Source: Phoronis australis
Taxonomy: Eukaryota > Animalia > Phoronida
Assembly (NCBI GenBank): GCA_002633005.1
Contig: NMRA01000020.1
Location: 546,673 to 610,672 of the forward strand
DNA: 64,000 nt
Reading direction: 5' to 3'
The notes below the pieces were generated by a model. It was given only the letters and a program-made list of their open reading frames with translations. It was not told the DNA's origin and did no database searches. A program made the translations under genes and the position numbers. Within the stretch, counting starts at the first letter, position 1. Every line of letters begins with the position of its first letter. Below, piece by piece: positions 16,079-32,300 of the stretch.

Positions 16079-19421
<3,343 letters not shown>

Positions 19422-19471
19422 TGTGATGACTACGCTAGGTAGGTTTTGCGATATCCATTCTATGCGGCAGG

Positions 19472-19479
19472 TTTATATA
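19472..19479 (-). promoter_or_regulatory. TATA box of cathepsin paralog 2
   Basis: TATATAAA on the minus strand about 50 bp upstream of ATG 19421. Confidence 0.6.
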
Positions 19480-21104
19480 GAAGCAGATTATCGGACAATA
19501 GATCATGTGAACGTGCGCCGATTACTCTAAGCTTTGACCATTTTGGTTTGTGGCGAAGCGAAGGCGTTTGTCAACGCGTAATAGCTTTCAACTATCAAGC
19601 ATTAAAATAGCATTACATTCATTCTGATAAAAAACCAAATGCATGACAAAGCAAACTATTGAAAAAAAATGCTCAGACAAATCTTATATTAAGAGAAATT
19701 CAATGTGAAATTTGTCGTACATCTCCATGCTAGAATTACATTTCGATGGAAAATACTTAAATAAACAAATACGTCTATATTACGTTATGAAATCCCATGA
19801 CGTAACCGATAAATAGGCTAAGACAACCCAATTTTGTATTCTATTTTTAAACCAAAAAACATCTCCTTATCACTGAAATCGTACCAAAGGAAAAAATGGC
19901 AAAATTAAATAAATACAAAAACAAAAGCAATAGCATTTCCACAAACCCCGGGCAACCAAAAGCTTAAAAGTTTATTGATTTAAAATTAAAGTCAACGTCA
20001 TTGGATCAATACAATGCAACTGAATTCCAGATATAAAAATTGTGGTTCTGTATCAAAATTTGATTAAGCCTTTTAAACAGGCTTAGGCATATCTAAATAT
20101 GCACTAATTTAGAATAATTTTATCAAACAATTTGCAGCGCTCCTGCACCAAAGTGGTGTCAGTGTTTGCAGGTTATATTAATTTGGTAAATTTAAATGCA
20201 GCCATATAACGATTACAATATTAATGTACGGGCTTGATGATTAGCTTTCAACCAGGTGCAGATTTGATGCGTAGAATTATAATTCCCAAAACTCATGAAA
20301 CGCTCATTTGAAACTTTCTCTTGACATCGCAATTTTGGCTGGAATCAGATACTCACTGTTCCCAGTGGAAGGAGCCAGACGGCTCCGAAATGTTAGTTGA
20401 AAGGTTGTTGGGAGTTTTTCCGATGTCACCTTTAATTCCTTCCAGTCACTGTCATGACACAGGAAAAGCCTGTTGTTGTAAACTCCTAGATATGCTGTGA
20501 ATTGATCATCAACAGAAGTTGTGTTCATGGAAAAATTGTAGATGTTAACAGCTAGATTCAGATTCACATTTTGGGGAGGGATCTTTCGTTATGTTTTTGA
20601 AGGGAGACCAGTGTGTTTGTTTTTAGTAGTACTACTACTAAATGAGTTCCCTGGTAAAAATGATGCGTAGAGTTAGCGTTCTTAATCACATATAACTAAA
20701 CCACGCACCCATTCACGGTGGAGTAGATTGTTTCAACAGAAAGATTTGCTACTGCTATCTCGACTTGTTTCACCTTGAAGTTTTCATTTTCGCCTAGACT
20801 AATTAATAAACGCTTCGAATGACTTTATTTAATTACTATTAAAAAGGCCATCCTCCTTCACAAGCGTATTTGCACTTCCAATGCAACATCGTGGATAACC
20901 TTCTAACCTCATGTTTTGTATAAATCGTCTTACAATCACCCTGGTGAGAGAATTTACCGTGACAAACGACTTAAAATTTGTGTAGGACCTTATTGGCACT
21001 TCCTGTCCATTTAGAAAATGAAAGAACATTACACTATAGTTTCTAACCCAGTATAAGTTTGCATTCTCTGAAAGTGCAAAGACTGTAGAATGATTCTTGG
21101 CTGT

Positions 21105-21446
21105 TTTTAATCTGCCATTAATTGGGTCACGTACGGTGACCATGTCTTTTTAATATAATTTACCGAAAAACAAAGGTAGGTTGACACCAAAAAATAATAG
21201 TATCAATAACATGACCAAGTTTAATTTAGCATAGATGTGCAGGAAGAGATATCGAAAACTTGCGTTTTCGTTTTATGCATTTTTCCTATTAAAAAGCTTC
21301 TCATGCAAGAGTGGAACATTTCGAAAACAAAGAGAACAGTGTAGAGAATAGTATCTTAAGTTTCATATGAATATACTCTTGATCAGCCATTTCTGACATA
21401 GAATGTTCCAAAGTTAGCCAAATTTGGACATTTTTCTTAGGTCCCA
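21105..21446. repeat. Interspersed repeat copy (family member also at about 31895-32290)
   Basis: Shared blocks TCTGCCATTAATTGGGTCA, GTGGAACATTT, GATCAGCCATTTCTGA and AAGTTAGC.AAATTTGGACATTTTT appear in the same order at both loci. Confidence 0.75.
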
Positions 21447-22817
21447 CATAACCTGCGCCTAACCTTAAGCAGTAATGACCAGTCAGATATTCTCAAGCCC
21501 AGAAACCATTTTCACTCTGAGTGACGTCAAGACGAGACAGATTTTAAACACTAACATGACAAGAATCTTACCTTGCCACACCCAAACCGGTCGAGGTTGG
21601 GCAACTCCATCGGTTTGCCTACCTCAGGAATTGCCGGTTCGGATCAAAGACCACATGCTGCTGTGGTTAGTTAAATTGCCTCATGTTAGCGTTCTTAGAT
21701 AACCAGACCCCCCACAAACACACTGGGAGAGTCCAGCCAGTACTCTGTGCCTCATTAATTCTGTGGGGTGTGCAACATAATAGGCCAATTACCAAACCAG
21801 CAGGGAGCGTTACATTTTGAGGTAGGCCAAGTGTCATCCCTACAATTCTTGGCATGACTACCTAAAAGTTGTTGTGTGACAGAACGGTGAGTTGATTGCC
21901 CCTTTGACAAAAGAAAAAACCTAGAGTCTGCAAAGGAATTGTTTACTGGAACAAAAGCAACTCTGCATGGGCCTTTCCATTCAAATGAAATAAATCAAAN
22001 GACACCAAAAAATAATAATATCAATAACATGACCAAGTTTAATTTAGCATAGATGTGCAGGATGAGATATCGAAAACTTGTGTTTTCGTTTTATGCATTT
22101 TTCCTATTAAAAAGCTTCTCATGCAACAGTGGAACATTTCGAAAACAAAGAGAACAGTGTAGAGAATAGTATCTTAAGTTTCATATGAATATACTCTTGA
22201 TCAGCCATTTCTGACATAGAATGTTCCAAAGTTAGCCAAATTTGGACATTTTTCTTAGGTCCCACATAACCTGCGCCTAACCTTAAGCAGTAATGACCAG
22301 TCAGATATTCTCAAGCCCAGAAACCATTTTCACTCTGAGTGACGTCAAGACGAGACAGATTTTAAACACTAACATGACAAGAATCTTACCTTGCCACACC
22401 CAAACCGGTCGAGGTTGGGCAACTCCATCGGTTTGCCTACCTCAGGAATTGCCGGTTCGGATCAAAGACCACATGCTGCTGTGGTTAGTTAAATTGCCTC
22501 ATGTTAGCGTTCTTAGATAACCAGACCCCCCACAAACACACTGGGAGAGTCCAGCCAGTACTCTGTGCCTCATTAATTCTGTGGGGTGTGCAACATAATA
22601 GGCCAATTACCAAACCAGCAGGGAGCGTTACATTTTGAGGTAGGCCAAGTGTCATCCCTACAATTCTTGGCATGACTACCTAAAAGTTGTTGTGTGACAG
22701 AACGGTGAGTTGATTGCCCCTTTGACAAAAGAAAAAACCTAGAGTCTGCAAAGGAATTGTTTACTGGAACAAAAGCAACTCTGCATGGGCCTTTCCATTC
22801 AAATGAAATAAATCAAA
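21183..22817. repeat. 817-bp near-exact direct duplication flanking the N at 22000 (probable assembly/haplotype overlap)
   Basis: 21183-21999 matches 22001-22817 with only a few substitutions near the start; the copies abut the single-N gap exactly. Confidence 0.9.
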
Positions 22818-23130
22818 AGTTGTGTCCCAATAGTTATGACATGGTTAAGCTTGGGTAAAGAGTGAGCTGCCCTGACATCACCATGGGCATAAGAATGATT
22901 GGAGTTTAGGTAGGTCATGTCACAATTTTCTGGGACACCACTGTGGATTACCCTCATGGACATGCAAAACTAAAGAAATCATAGTGATATTATTATATTT
23001 CATTTTATAAATTAATTCCAATTAAAACATGATCGTGACACTTTACAACCATAATAGTTCAAATTTAACAATTTCAAATAGAGTAGCACACACATGAACA
23101 AGTTTTTAAAACCGAGCTGAGATGCCTGTG

Positions 23131-23199
23131 TGGTCTAACGGGATTTAAACCCACAACTTTTCTACTGTGAGGGGCTTGCTATACCACTAGGCAACACTG
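23131..23199 (-). mobile_element. tRNA-derived SINE head (degenerate) downstream of the LSS stop
   Basis: Minus strand CAGTGTTGCCTAGTGGTATAGC...GTGGGTTTAAATCCCGTTAGACC has A-box- and B-box-like motifs at tRNA-like spacing. Confidence 0.45.
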
Positions 23200-23395
23200 T
23201 TTTTGAAAAGGCGTAAACTATCATTTACAACAAATTAGTTCTCAATGTTACATATAGTCTGACACGATGATTGATAATAATTAGAGGAGAGAGGTTGCAC
23301 TTCCTTAAACTACACCCTTTCATGCCACCATCTCAGCTGGACAACCAACTCTTGAGCCACTTGACATACACATTGTCTCTAGACTCTCTCCTCTC

Positions 23396-26300
23396 TCACG
23401 AAGCCAATTGACTTTCTTTGTATAGCCGACTAAACCTTCCCAGTGTCCATATTGGGAACACATTTCTATAACTCGTGTAACTGATTGCACAAGACTTGTT
23501 GAAGACGCCACTAATATTCTCCTGTGGCCAATCACCATTGGACAACTGACGGCTAATGAGCAGCTGGATACCACGTTCTATCACAGCTAAATCAGGGTAC
23601 CTGAAGGAATGATTATATCATGATTATGCTAGTATTGCAATTTTATTGTAACACTTCATGACTGTGTCTTTCTATCCCGTTTTTGCAACTAAACCAAACC
23701 CTATCACAACGTTCATGTTCTGTTGTTATCATCATTGTCTTATTTTGACTTAGCATGCATAACATTGGTGACTCGTACTGACACTAGTCATTTGAATTGA
23801 CCACCAATACATTTACATACCTGACAGACATCAAGGCTAGCAGTGCCCAGCAGGTGTTGACCACCTGTGATTCTTCAGATTGAACATACTCCCGACGTTC
23901 ACATGACTCAAAATTTTCACCCCATCCACCGTCCTCCATCTGCTTACTGACCAGAAACTGACAGGCTTTCTTCACTACATGGTGAACATCCCTGTGGTAA
24001 CAAGTAGACATGGCGTTCACAAAATATTGTTGTCATGACAACATAGGAAGTGTTGATGATACATTTAGACCATTTATTAGTGCTTAAAATACTTAAGGGT
24101 AAGTTTTACTGATTGAATTATACTAAGTATATTATACTCACTGGCGTAAACAGTGGGACAGGTTATAGCCCCTCTTGTCATTTTTAACACCTGATCTCAA
24201 CAATTGCTATGCTTCATTGCTCGGCTGATCCATCACTTTATGCCCTTCCTTCAGAATGTTGTTGAACCTTTTTAGTAAAGCTACTGACTAATATAAACTA
24301 CCATCCCCATATGGGTAGAATACATATACAGACTCTCAACATAAGGTTGCTGGACACAACAAAAGTCTTACCCATTGTCTGTATATTTTTGACCCATACA
24401 ACTAAATGCTTCCAGACCAAACCAAGCACCGTAAGTGAAACATACACCCCAAGACCTGCAAAAATAATTCACACAATTAACATGAATTGAAATCTATAAG
24501 GAAAAGCAAATTATTACAAAACGCAAGAGCAGGAACAATGCAGAGCGCTGATATCCATCATTTGCGTAGCATGCGGCACAGATACAATTGATGATCATTG
24601 ATTAAAATATTCCCACAAGAGGGAGAAAGAGGCGCAAAGCAAATCTCCTGTATTCCCCTCAATATAAACACACTTGTTACTCTTCATCATGATTCTTCAA
24701 GCAGTTTGGTGGAGGGCGGCAGAAGACATAAGACACTAAAATGATATAAAAAGCCACTAGGATGCACTGCGTAGGTCAAATCTGTCTGTATCAAGGTAAG
24801 CGCCTTTGTTTCCTTTATGTTAACTTATTTGCCAAAATTTCATGAACACCCGTCAATGCACTTAATGGTAGAAATCATGGCAAATGCAGAGAAAATCCTA
24901 ATTACAACTTAAGGGGACACCACAGATATCAGTTGATTTCAACAATGTGAAAATCCATCACGAATTTAGAAGTTATTGTTCCACAGGCAAAATACTTCCA
25001 CTAGGAGGTACTTCTGTAGTCGGTAGGTTGCACAGAATGCATCAAATTCATCAGCAAATGGGAAGGTATACCTTATGTGCCAAATTTCATGAAAATCTAT
25101 CAAGGAATCTTGATGATGCACACTCAGGCAAAACGTAAAAAACTAAAATTGCCACAAGGGGACACAGCAGTAGTCAATTTGTCTGAAATCCGTCATCATT
25201 CATTGTAACATTGAAGGAATCCACTTGCCAATTTATACACAAATCGTACCAAAGATTTAGGAGATACAGAGACAGACGCCAGACAGAGATGGCAGCAGTA
25301 TGCTACCACATTATGTGGGCACACAAAATTCAATCAAATTTATTTTATTACCAAAGTATTTCACGTTGCATTCCTGAAAGTACTTACCCTTCCCATGATC
25401 CATCTGGTCGTTGTTTTCCAGTTATATAGTCCAATCCATTGGCAAGAACCTTCTGAATGTCATCTTTACGGTAGTTGCCATGGTGATCCATGAAATGCCT
25501 CAACGACTGCATGATGGCAGAGGTGCACTCAACATAAGTGTAATCTATCATAATGTCACCTGAAAACAAAAAGCACATTGTGAAGACACATTTAATGACC
25601 AACGCGAATCATTCAACTTGATTGACGCAAACACAAAGGCAATAGCAATGATATAAAATGGCTAACATTCAACGTAAAATCATGCTAAACCAGAGCACTT
25701 TTAAACAAAACAAAAATAAGTCTGATGTAATATGATAACTATTTTCAAACAGATGTACAAAAATACACAAGAAACGTATAACTAATTACATACTCATGAA
25801 AGATGTACCCTATCATGCTACCAGTAAAGCAGGATTTTGTTTACATTTTGTTGAGAAAGTTGTCAGTGAAAACAAAATCCCATTTTTCTGTCATATCGAG
25901 TGCTACAAAAGGTCAGTAATCGGTGAACAGTTGAATTATTCCATATGACGATTTCGTCATCATAATCATTATAGTTGCTGTTAGAAACAATGGCTGACAT
26001 GAATACCACCACAACCATAGCTTAACTTAATAAGTACTTACCAAACACTTCTGAAGGGTTCAACAACTCCAACATATGACCCCCACGCTTTAGTTCATAG
26101 GTGGCAACACCTCCATCATCCTTGTTTACATAACTTAGTAACTGAAAATAAAAGTAATGAAAACCTTGAGTAGCCAGTCTACAATTTTAACATTCCTGTT
26201 AATTCACACATGCAGTCAAACCATAAAAAATACAGAGGCTTCTAAGACAACGACTTACCACATCAACGGCCTGTTGTAGCCTTTCCTCAGGGACACTTTG

Positions 26301-29300
26301 TTCAAGGTAGGGGCAGTTTTCTTGTAAGTACATGAGGCCTTTCAAACCCTCAGCAGTGCAGTCCCCAACTATCCAACCACAGTCAAGAGTACTGAATGGG
26401 AAACCACCCTTGAAAATAAATTTTAGGTTACTTATTACATTAAAGAATTACATAACTGTTTACTGTTAACCACTGTCTTGATAAACCACCAGAACTCAAA
26501 GCTACAACAAGCCTGCACAGAGTCAAAGAAACCAAATTTTGATAAAGACCACTTGTTTAGTTTATTTTCAACATTTAGGCTTTGACCCACGTGTTATATA
26601 AAATTTACAGGATAACTCTGAGCAGCATGTACCTGAGGGCAATTAGATTAATCTGAGCAGTAGGCTTCAACATTTTCATTTAATAGCTTTATTACAAATT
26701 TATTTTTATTTGGTTCAAGCCAGCACCACTCAGGTATGAATGCAGTTCTCAGAGAACAGTACTTTTTAAAAACACAATATGAAATGATATTCATCTTAAA
26801 TTAGGGACACACAGAAAAAAACACACGGTATTTTTGGTCCACAAGAGCATGTCTACCATTCTCTATCATTAACTTATGATTGGAGCAATGCAATTTAGCC
26901 GTAGCTGCTAAAAAGAAATATGGAATATCACACAACAGATAGGATTCCATTTCAAAATCAATTTTAAATGAGGAATATGTATTAAGTTTTGAGCTATTCT
27001 CCACAGCAAAGCTTCAATCTTCTAAAAAACAATATTTAATTTGCTGCTCAAAAATTACAAGAACAGATGCTTCGCGGCCAACTCCCTGATTGTGCCATAC
27101 AAATCCAAAACCATAGCTTTGAAGCGAATTCCTAACAGATGACACCCAATTTTTCCTACCAGCCTCATCCAATGTGCCAAGCTTGTCATAAACTGATTTT
27201 TAGATTTCAATGTGCTGGCATTTTCAACAATTTAAACCAATATTTGATCAGTTTCAAACATCTTCACAATAAATTGGATATCTTCCCAGTTCTCCCAGGA
27301 CAGCATGATTTGAACAGTTACTTCCAACTCTCAGCAGTTGTTTACAGATTGGATGTGCTCGACACTAGTATATTCTTTAAATCCCCATAGCTAATGACTG
27401 GGCATACCATTTCATCAAAAATCTTGAGTGCAATATGCGGTGAAATTAAATCATTCACATTTTGACTGGACGTTTAATTTGAAAAAATCGCTTTCTGGTG
27501 AGACAAAGTTTCCATAGGAGTAAGGCAAATACCCACGGCAGGTACTTATCAATTTTGTCATTCTCAAAATATCATTTTTCATATTTTCCCAATGGTCTGC
27601 CTTTTCTAAATGCCATTATTTTTTGTTTTTTTTAAGGTTGACTTTCATACCAAAATCCTGACAGTATTCATGCAGAACGTTAATTTTTTGCTGTAATTTA
27701 AATGCTGTCTCTGCACAACCAACCATATCATCAGCGTACAGCAAAATATAAATTTGAGGTACATCCTCATTTAAGACCGCCTGACAACAATAACATTGAC
27801 CTCAAGTTGTTCCTTACTCAGATAAGAAGTGATTTTTGGTCTTGCAAAGAGCTGACAGTTAGTTGTTCCTTGAAACTATGGCCTGGCGAATAAAATGACA
27901 CGCCGTAACTGAGCCTCACTTTCTTAAGCACAAGACCAGAAATCATACCTGTGTTGACTAAGGCACAATCTGAGATCAATTTCATAAAATCTTAAGTACC
28001 ATACTTTAAATCGCCATACAGACGGGGTACAGAATTGGCATTATTTAATCAAAGCACACTATTTAGTCATTCTGAAGCGTTTCCAAGATCCAAGGCTCAA
28101 AAAGCGATTGTGTTTTGTGGACAACAACTAAAAACGTAATCTAAGATTGACAAGATTTAAACTACAATGCTCTTCTACCTTGTTCGGATGTCTATAATAT
28201 CTTTCATAATCCGGAACATTTTCTTTGATTTGCGTAAAATCTAAGAACTTGTGTACTTCTCTCAAACAGGATTCAAACTCCTTGCTTTCATGGGCACCAG
28301 CCTACAACAGAATCAGAATTAAGTAACTATTACCCAGAATGCGATGAAGATTTTTACAAATGTACAAAACTGTAATACTAAATAATCCAAGCATATGAAC
28401 TATTAGAGAAATTAGCTAATTAAAAGTATGCACACATAATAACCAAAGCAAAATTGAAGAAATGCAAATTATTGTTTAACATAATACTAATGAAAGCTTT
28501 TCTGCTGCAAACCGATCTACACTCATCTGCTTTACTCTCTGATGATTTCCTTCCAACAAGACTAATGTCAAGCAACTTCACCAAACTTTTTTATGAATTA
28601 AGAGTGAAAAGACAAATTCATGGAGGGCTGCAGTTTATGAAACATTCCTAGTTAAGGCACGTATCTCAATTGATGAAACTGTGTGTGTGTGTTCTATAAA
28701 CTGGAACTTGGTTTTAAACTGCTATACAGTAAAAATTCTGATCATCCAAATTCCCGAATTATGATCATCCTTAATGTTACGCACTAAGAGGAAACATGAA
28801 AAAGTTGTGTTGTGAGCTAGTTTTGATGATTTTACGAATTGCCAAGTCTATTTTCAGACTCTGTTGATACAAAAATGCAGTGTCCAAAATTTGAGAAAAA
28901 TAAATGCCAAAGTTGACCGCGTTTAATCTTCAGAATCAAAAAATTAAATTTCTCCTTCAATTTACGTGCACCAACTAGACTGTTCCAAACTAGAGACTTT
29001 TTACCTCAAGCGTACCTCAATAAAAGCCTGTACAGCAAATGAAGTGTCCCACAACTGTGAACCATTAGTTCCTGTCATCTTCATGCCATCCAATCCAATC
29101 CTGAAATGTTTTTGTACCACAAACAATAATTATTTTCAGTGTAAAATATTTCATGTGTTTAGCCTTAACACATTCTCTCAAATCTATATCAAATTAAGTT
29201 CATGGATTTATTTGTGAGTTTTAGTTGACAGTTTTATTGATGGAGCAAAGATTTGAAACAATTGCATTGCATTGAAATGTTGGTTGAAGGCCAGTGATAT

Positions 29301-32300
29301 TTATATGTTTTAAGTACTAACTAACTTACAATTTTAAGGACATGATCTTAAAGGCAAGTTAGTGTTCTTGGCAAAGAAAAAGCGTACAGCAATTTAATAT
29401 CCACAATCGAAATTGATTTTATGGTAATTGTCAACCTTCGTTTAGTCCTTTCGAGTTTCACCAAATAAATTTTCAACTGTTCATTGTCAACTGATAAACA
29501 AATTTTCTAATTTAAAAATACCTATCAAACTAAAAGCAGTCTTTTTGGCGCCATCAAAATCCTGTTAAAAAACTAAAATCTTCATTTTTTGACAGTAGAT
29601 ATTTTTGTTAAATTAGAATTTTAATAAAAAATCTGACACACTGTGTCTGTACAACAGCCATAAAATGAGAGAGCAAAATTAAAAACTTTCCACAAATTGA
29701 TCCACCTGCTGAAGAGTGACTGATATTCAAAACTGCCAAAAGCAGAAAAATTAAACAGTCAGAAAATGGCATTAAAGGATTTTGGTTCACTGAAGTTGTA
29801 GCAATGAAAAGTAAATAAATATGCAATTTCACACAATATCTGAATATTGTTGATACAATGTTTGCAAATTGCATTTGTGAGAAACAACTGCCATCTGATG
29901 AAGATTGGCAATTACCTTCTAAGTGAAACCCGACCATATGTAAAAAGTAAACAGTGTCAACAAGGAATAATGGCATTAAGTACTTTGACTTAAGATGTCA
30001 CCACTCACCACAGGTAGTCCTGTACTCTCTCTTGGTGCTCTTTAAAAGCTGCACATTCTGGGCCATCCACATGCCAACGAACCAACATGTTGATGACTTT
30101 TGAGATCTGTCCAAAACCAATCGGTTGTCATTATTAATATTTCACTTTGGAAGTACTAAACAGGCAACCTTTACAGGACCCATAGCCTTTGACCAGCCTT
30201 ACACAAGCACTAAACAGTCAACCTTTACAGGATCTATAGCCTTTGACCAGCCTTACACAAGCACTAAACAGTCAACCTTTACAGGATCCACAGCCTTTGA
30301 CCAGCCTTACACAAGTTCAAGCTTAAACAATAGCTCAATAGTAGAGTTACCAGAGCAAAGCTCACAGTACTCAATCATGTTTCCTTCAGGGACACTAAAA
30401 GTTAGATCTTCCCCATACCTTCCACCCCTCACAACCACATCAAAGGGTTTTTGTGTTCCTGGCCACTGTGTCTGAATTGATAAAATCAGCTGCGGTGACT
30501 TTTTAATCTGCATTTCGCTATGTACAGCTTGCTATCAACAAAAAAAAATTAGGCCTTTACTTCCATAAAATTGGTACTATAAAATTAATATTCCTTTTTC
30601 AATAGGAATTTGCAGTAATTCTCCTGCAATTTCGCACAAAAATAATCTTGACAAATTGGCCATTTTTCCAGTTTTCAAAGGGTGATTATCTTTTTGCAGA
30701 TAATGGTTATTTTAAAAAAGGTACTTTTAAATTAGGACACCAACACACAGAGACTAAAACGTTCTTGATCTTTACTTAAATTTGCGGAGACATTTAACAA
30801 AATAGAATTTCATTAATTTTGTTGACCATATAGTGTGCTATGTAAATGAAGAATAACGATTCCAAAACCAACAAGAACATCGAAACCAAAAGCAATTATT
30901 CAACATAACACTACACACTGGCCAAGTCAAAAATTACAAGTTCAAAAACTGCTGGAAATGGGAGTCCTATCACAGTAAGAAATATTATGTGACCAATATT
31001 ATGAATTAAGTAAAACATTTTTGTTTTTTATCCAACAAAATACTTTAGGGCAAAATACAGCTTTAAATGTTTTTACTGTCCATGATAAATTCAAAAGCTG
31101 AAAATAAATAAATAAATGTAATTCAGTTGTCAAACACACGCAATGAACACTGCAAGCCATTCAACAGATCTCCACATAGCAGCCATGAAAGAAGTTTATG
31201 TTTCACTTCACTTAATCACACTATACCATTACGAGTAATTACGCCCTATAATAATTAGGAGTGACTAACTCACCGGCCCTATACTAATTCCCTTGGTAAA
31301 TCTGTCATCGGCACAAATGTGGTCGTAGCACTCCGCAAGAGCCTTTTGTCTGATGGTCGAACTGTGGTAGGATTCATATATGTCCAGCATATCTATAAGA
31401 TATGTGATAACAATACTAATATGATAATAAAATGCTTCTCAATCTATTGTAAAATAAATATATACAGAAAATCCAAAATAATAATGAATAAGTAGTTGAA
31501 CTAAAATACACACTAACTCGATATAAACCGTGTAGGACCTTATTGACAAGTTGAGGAGGCAGTGTGGCCAAGTGTGATAGGTGCCTGTTTTTTTTACTCA
31601 AGGTCATGGATCCCACTGAGTAACACTGCTAAACCCCTGAGTCAGGTTTCTAGCTCCTCAGCTCGGTTTTAACTATACATCAATAAAGCACAAAAATGAT
31701 TCCAGGTGTTCAGTGCAATGGGCTCACATGCGTGGCCTGCGTGCGTCTGGCACGTGTACCAGAGCGCCTGCAGTCATTTTTTAAATTGATAAGTCTGCAC
31801 AATTAGAAAAATATGGAGTACAAATTAAACTAACTTTAACTTAAATGTATTTTCTGAAAGAAGTAAGCCTGTAGAAATTGATGTTTGACTTTTTACCAAT
31901 CTGCCATTAATTGGGTCATGTGACAATGTCTTTTTAGTAAAATTTAGCAAAAGAAGGTACATTGATAGCAATAACATGAACAAATTTTTATTGATACGAA
32001 CGTGAAAAATGAGATCTCAAAAAAGCGGTTAGAGCTTTCGAAAATATTACTTCGTTTTCGTTTCATACAATTTAATGACTTTCTTTCATGAAAATCCTAA
32101 AAGTCCTGTTTTTAGATAGCCTGTCATGCAAAAGTCAAGTGGAACATTTTAAAAACAATATCTAATTGCATTTTGAAAAAACAGTGCATAAAGCATGATG
32201 GTATATGAAAGTTTCATACGAATCCGATCAGCCATTTCTGAGATATATGTTCCGAAGTTAGCTAAATTTGGACATTTTTCTAGGGTCCTATGTACTGCCC

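Noticed and set aside
21475-22673. Twice-occurring identical ORFs (75 aa and 62 aa)
   Set aside because: They result from the gap-flanking duplication; no recognisable protein.
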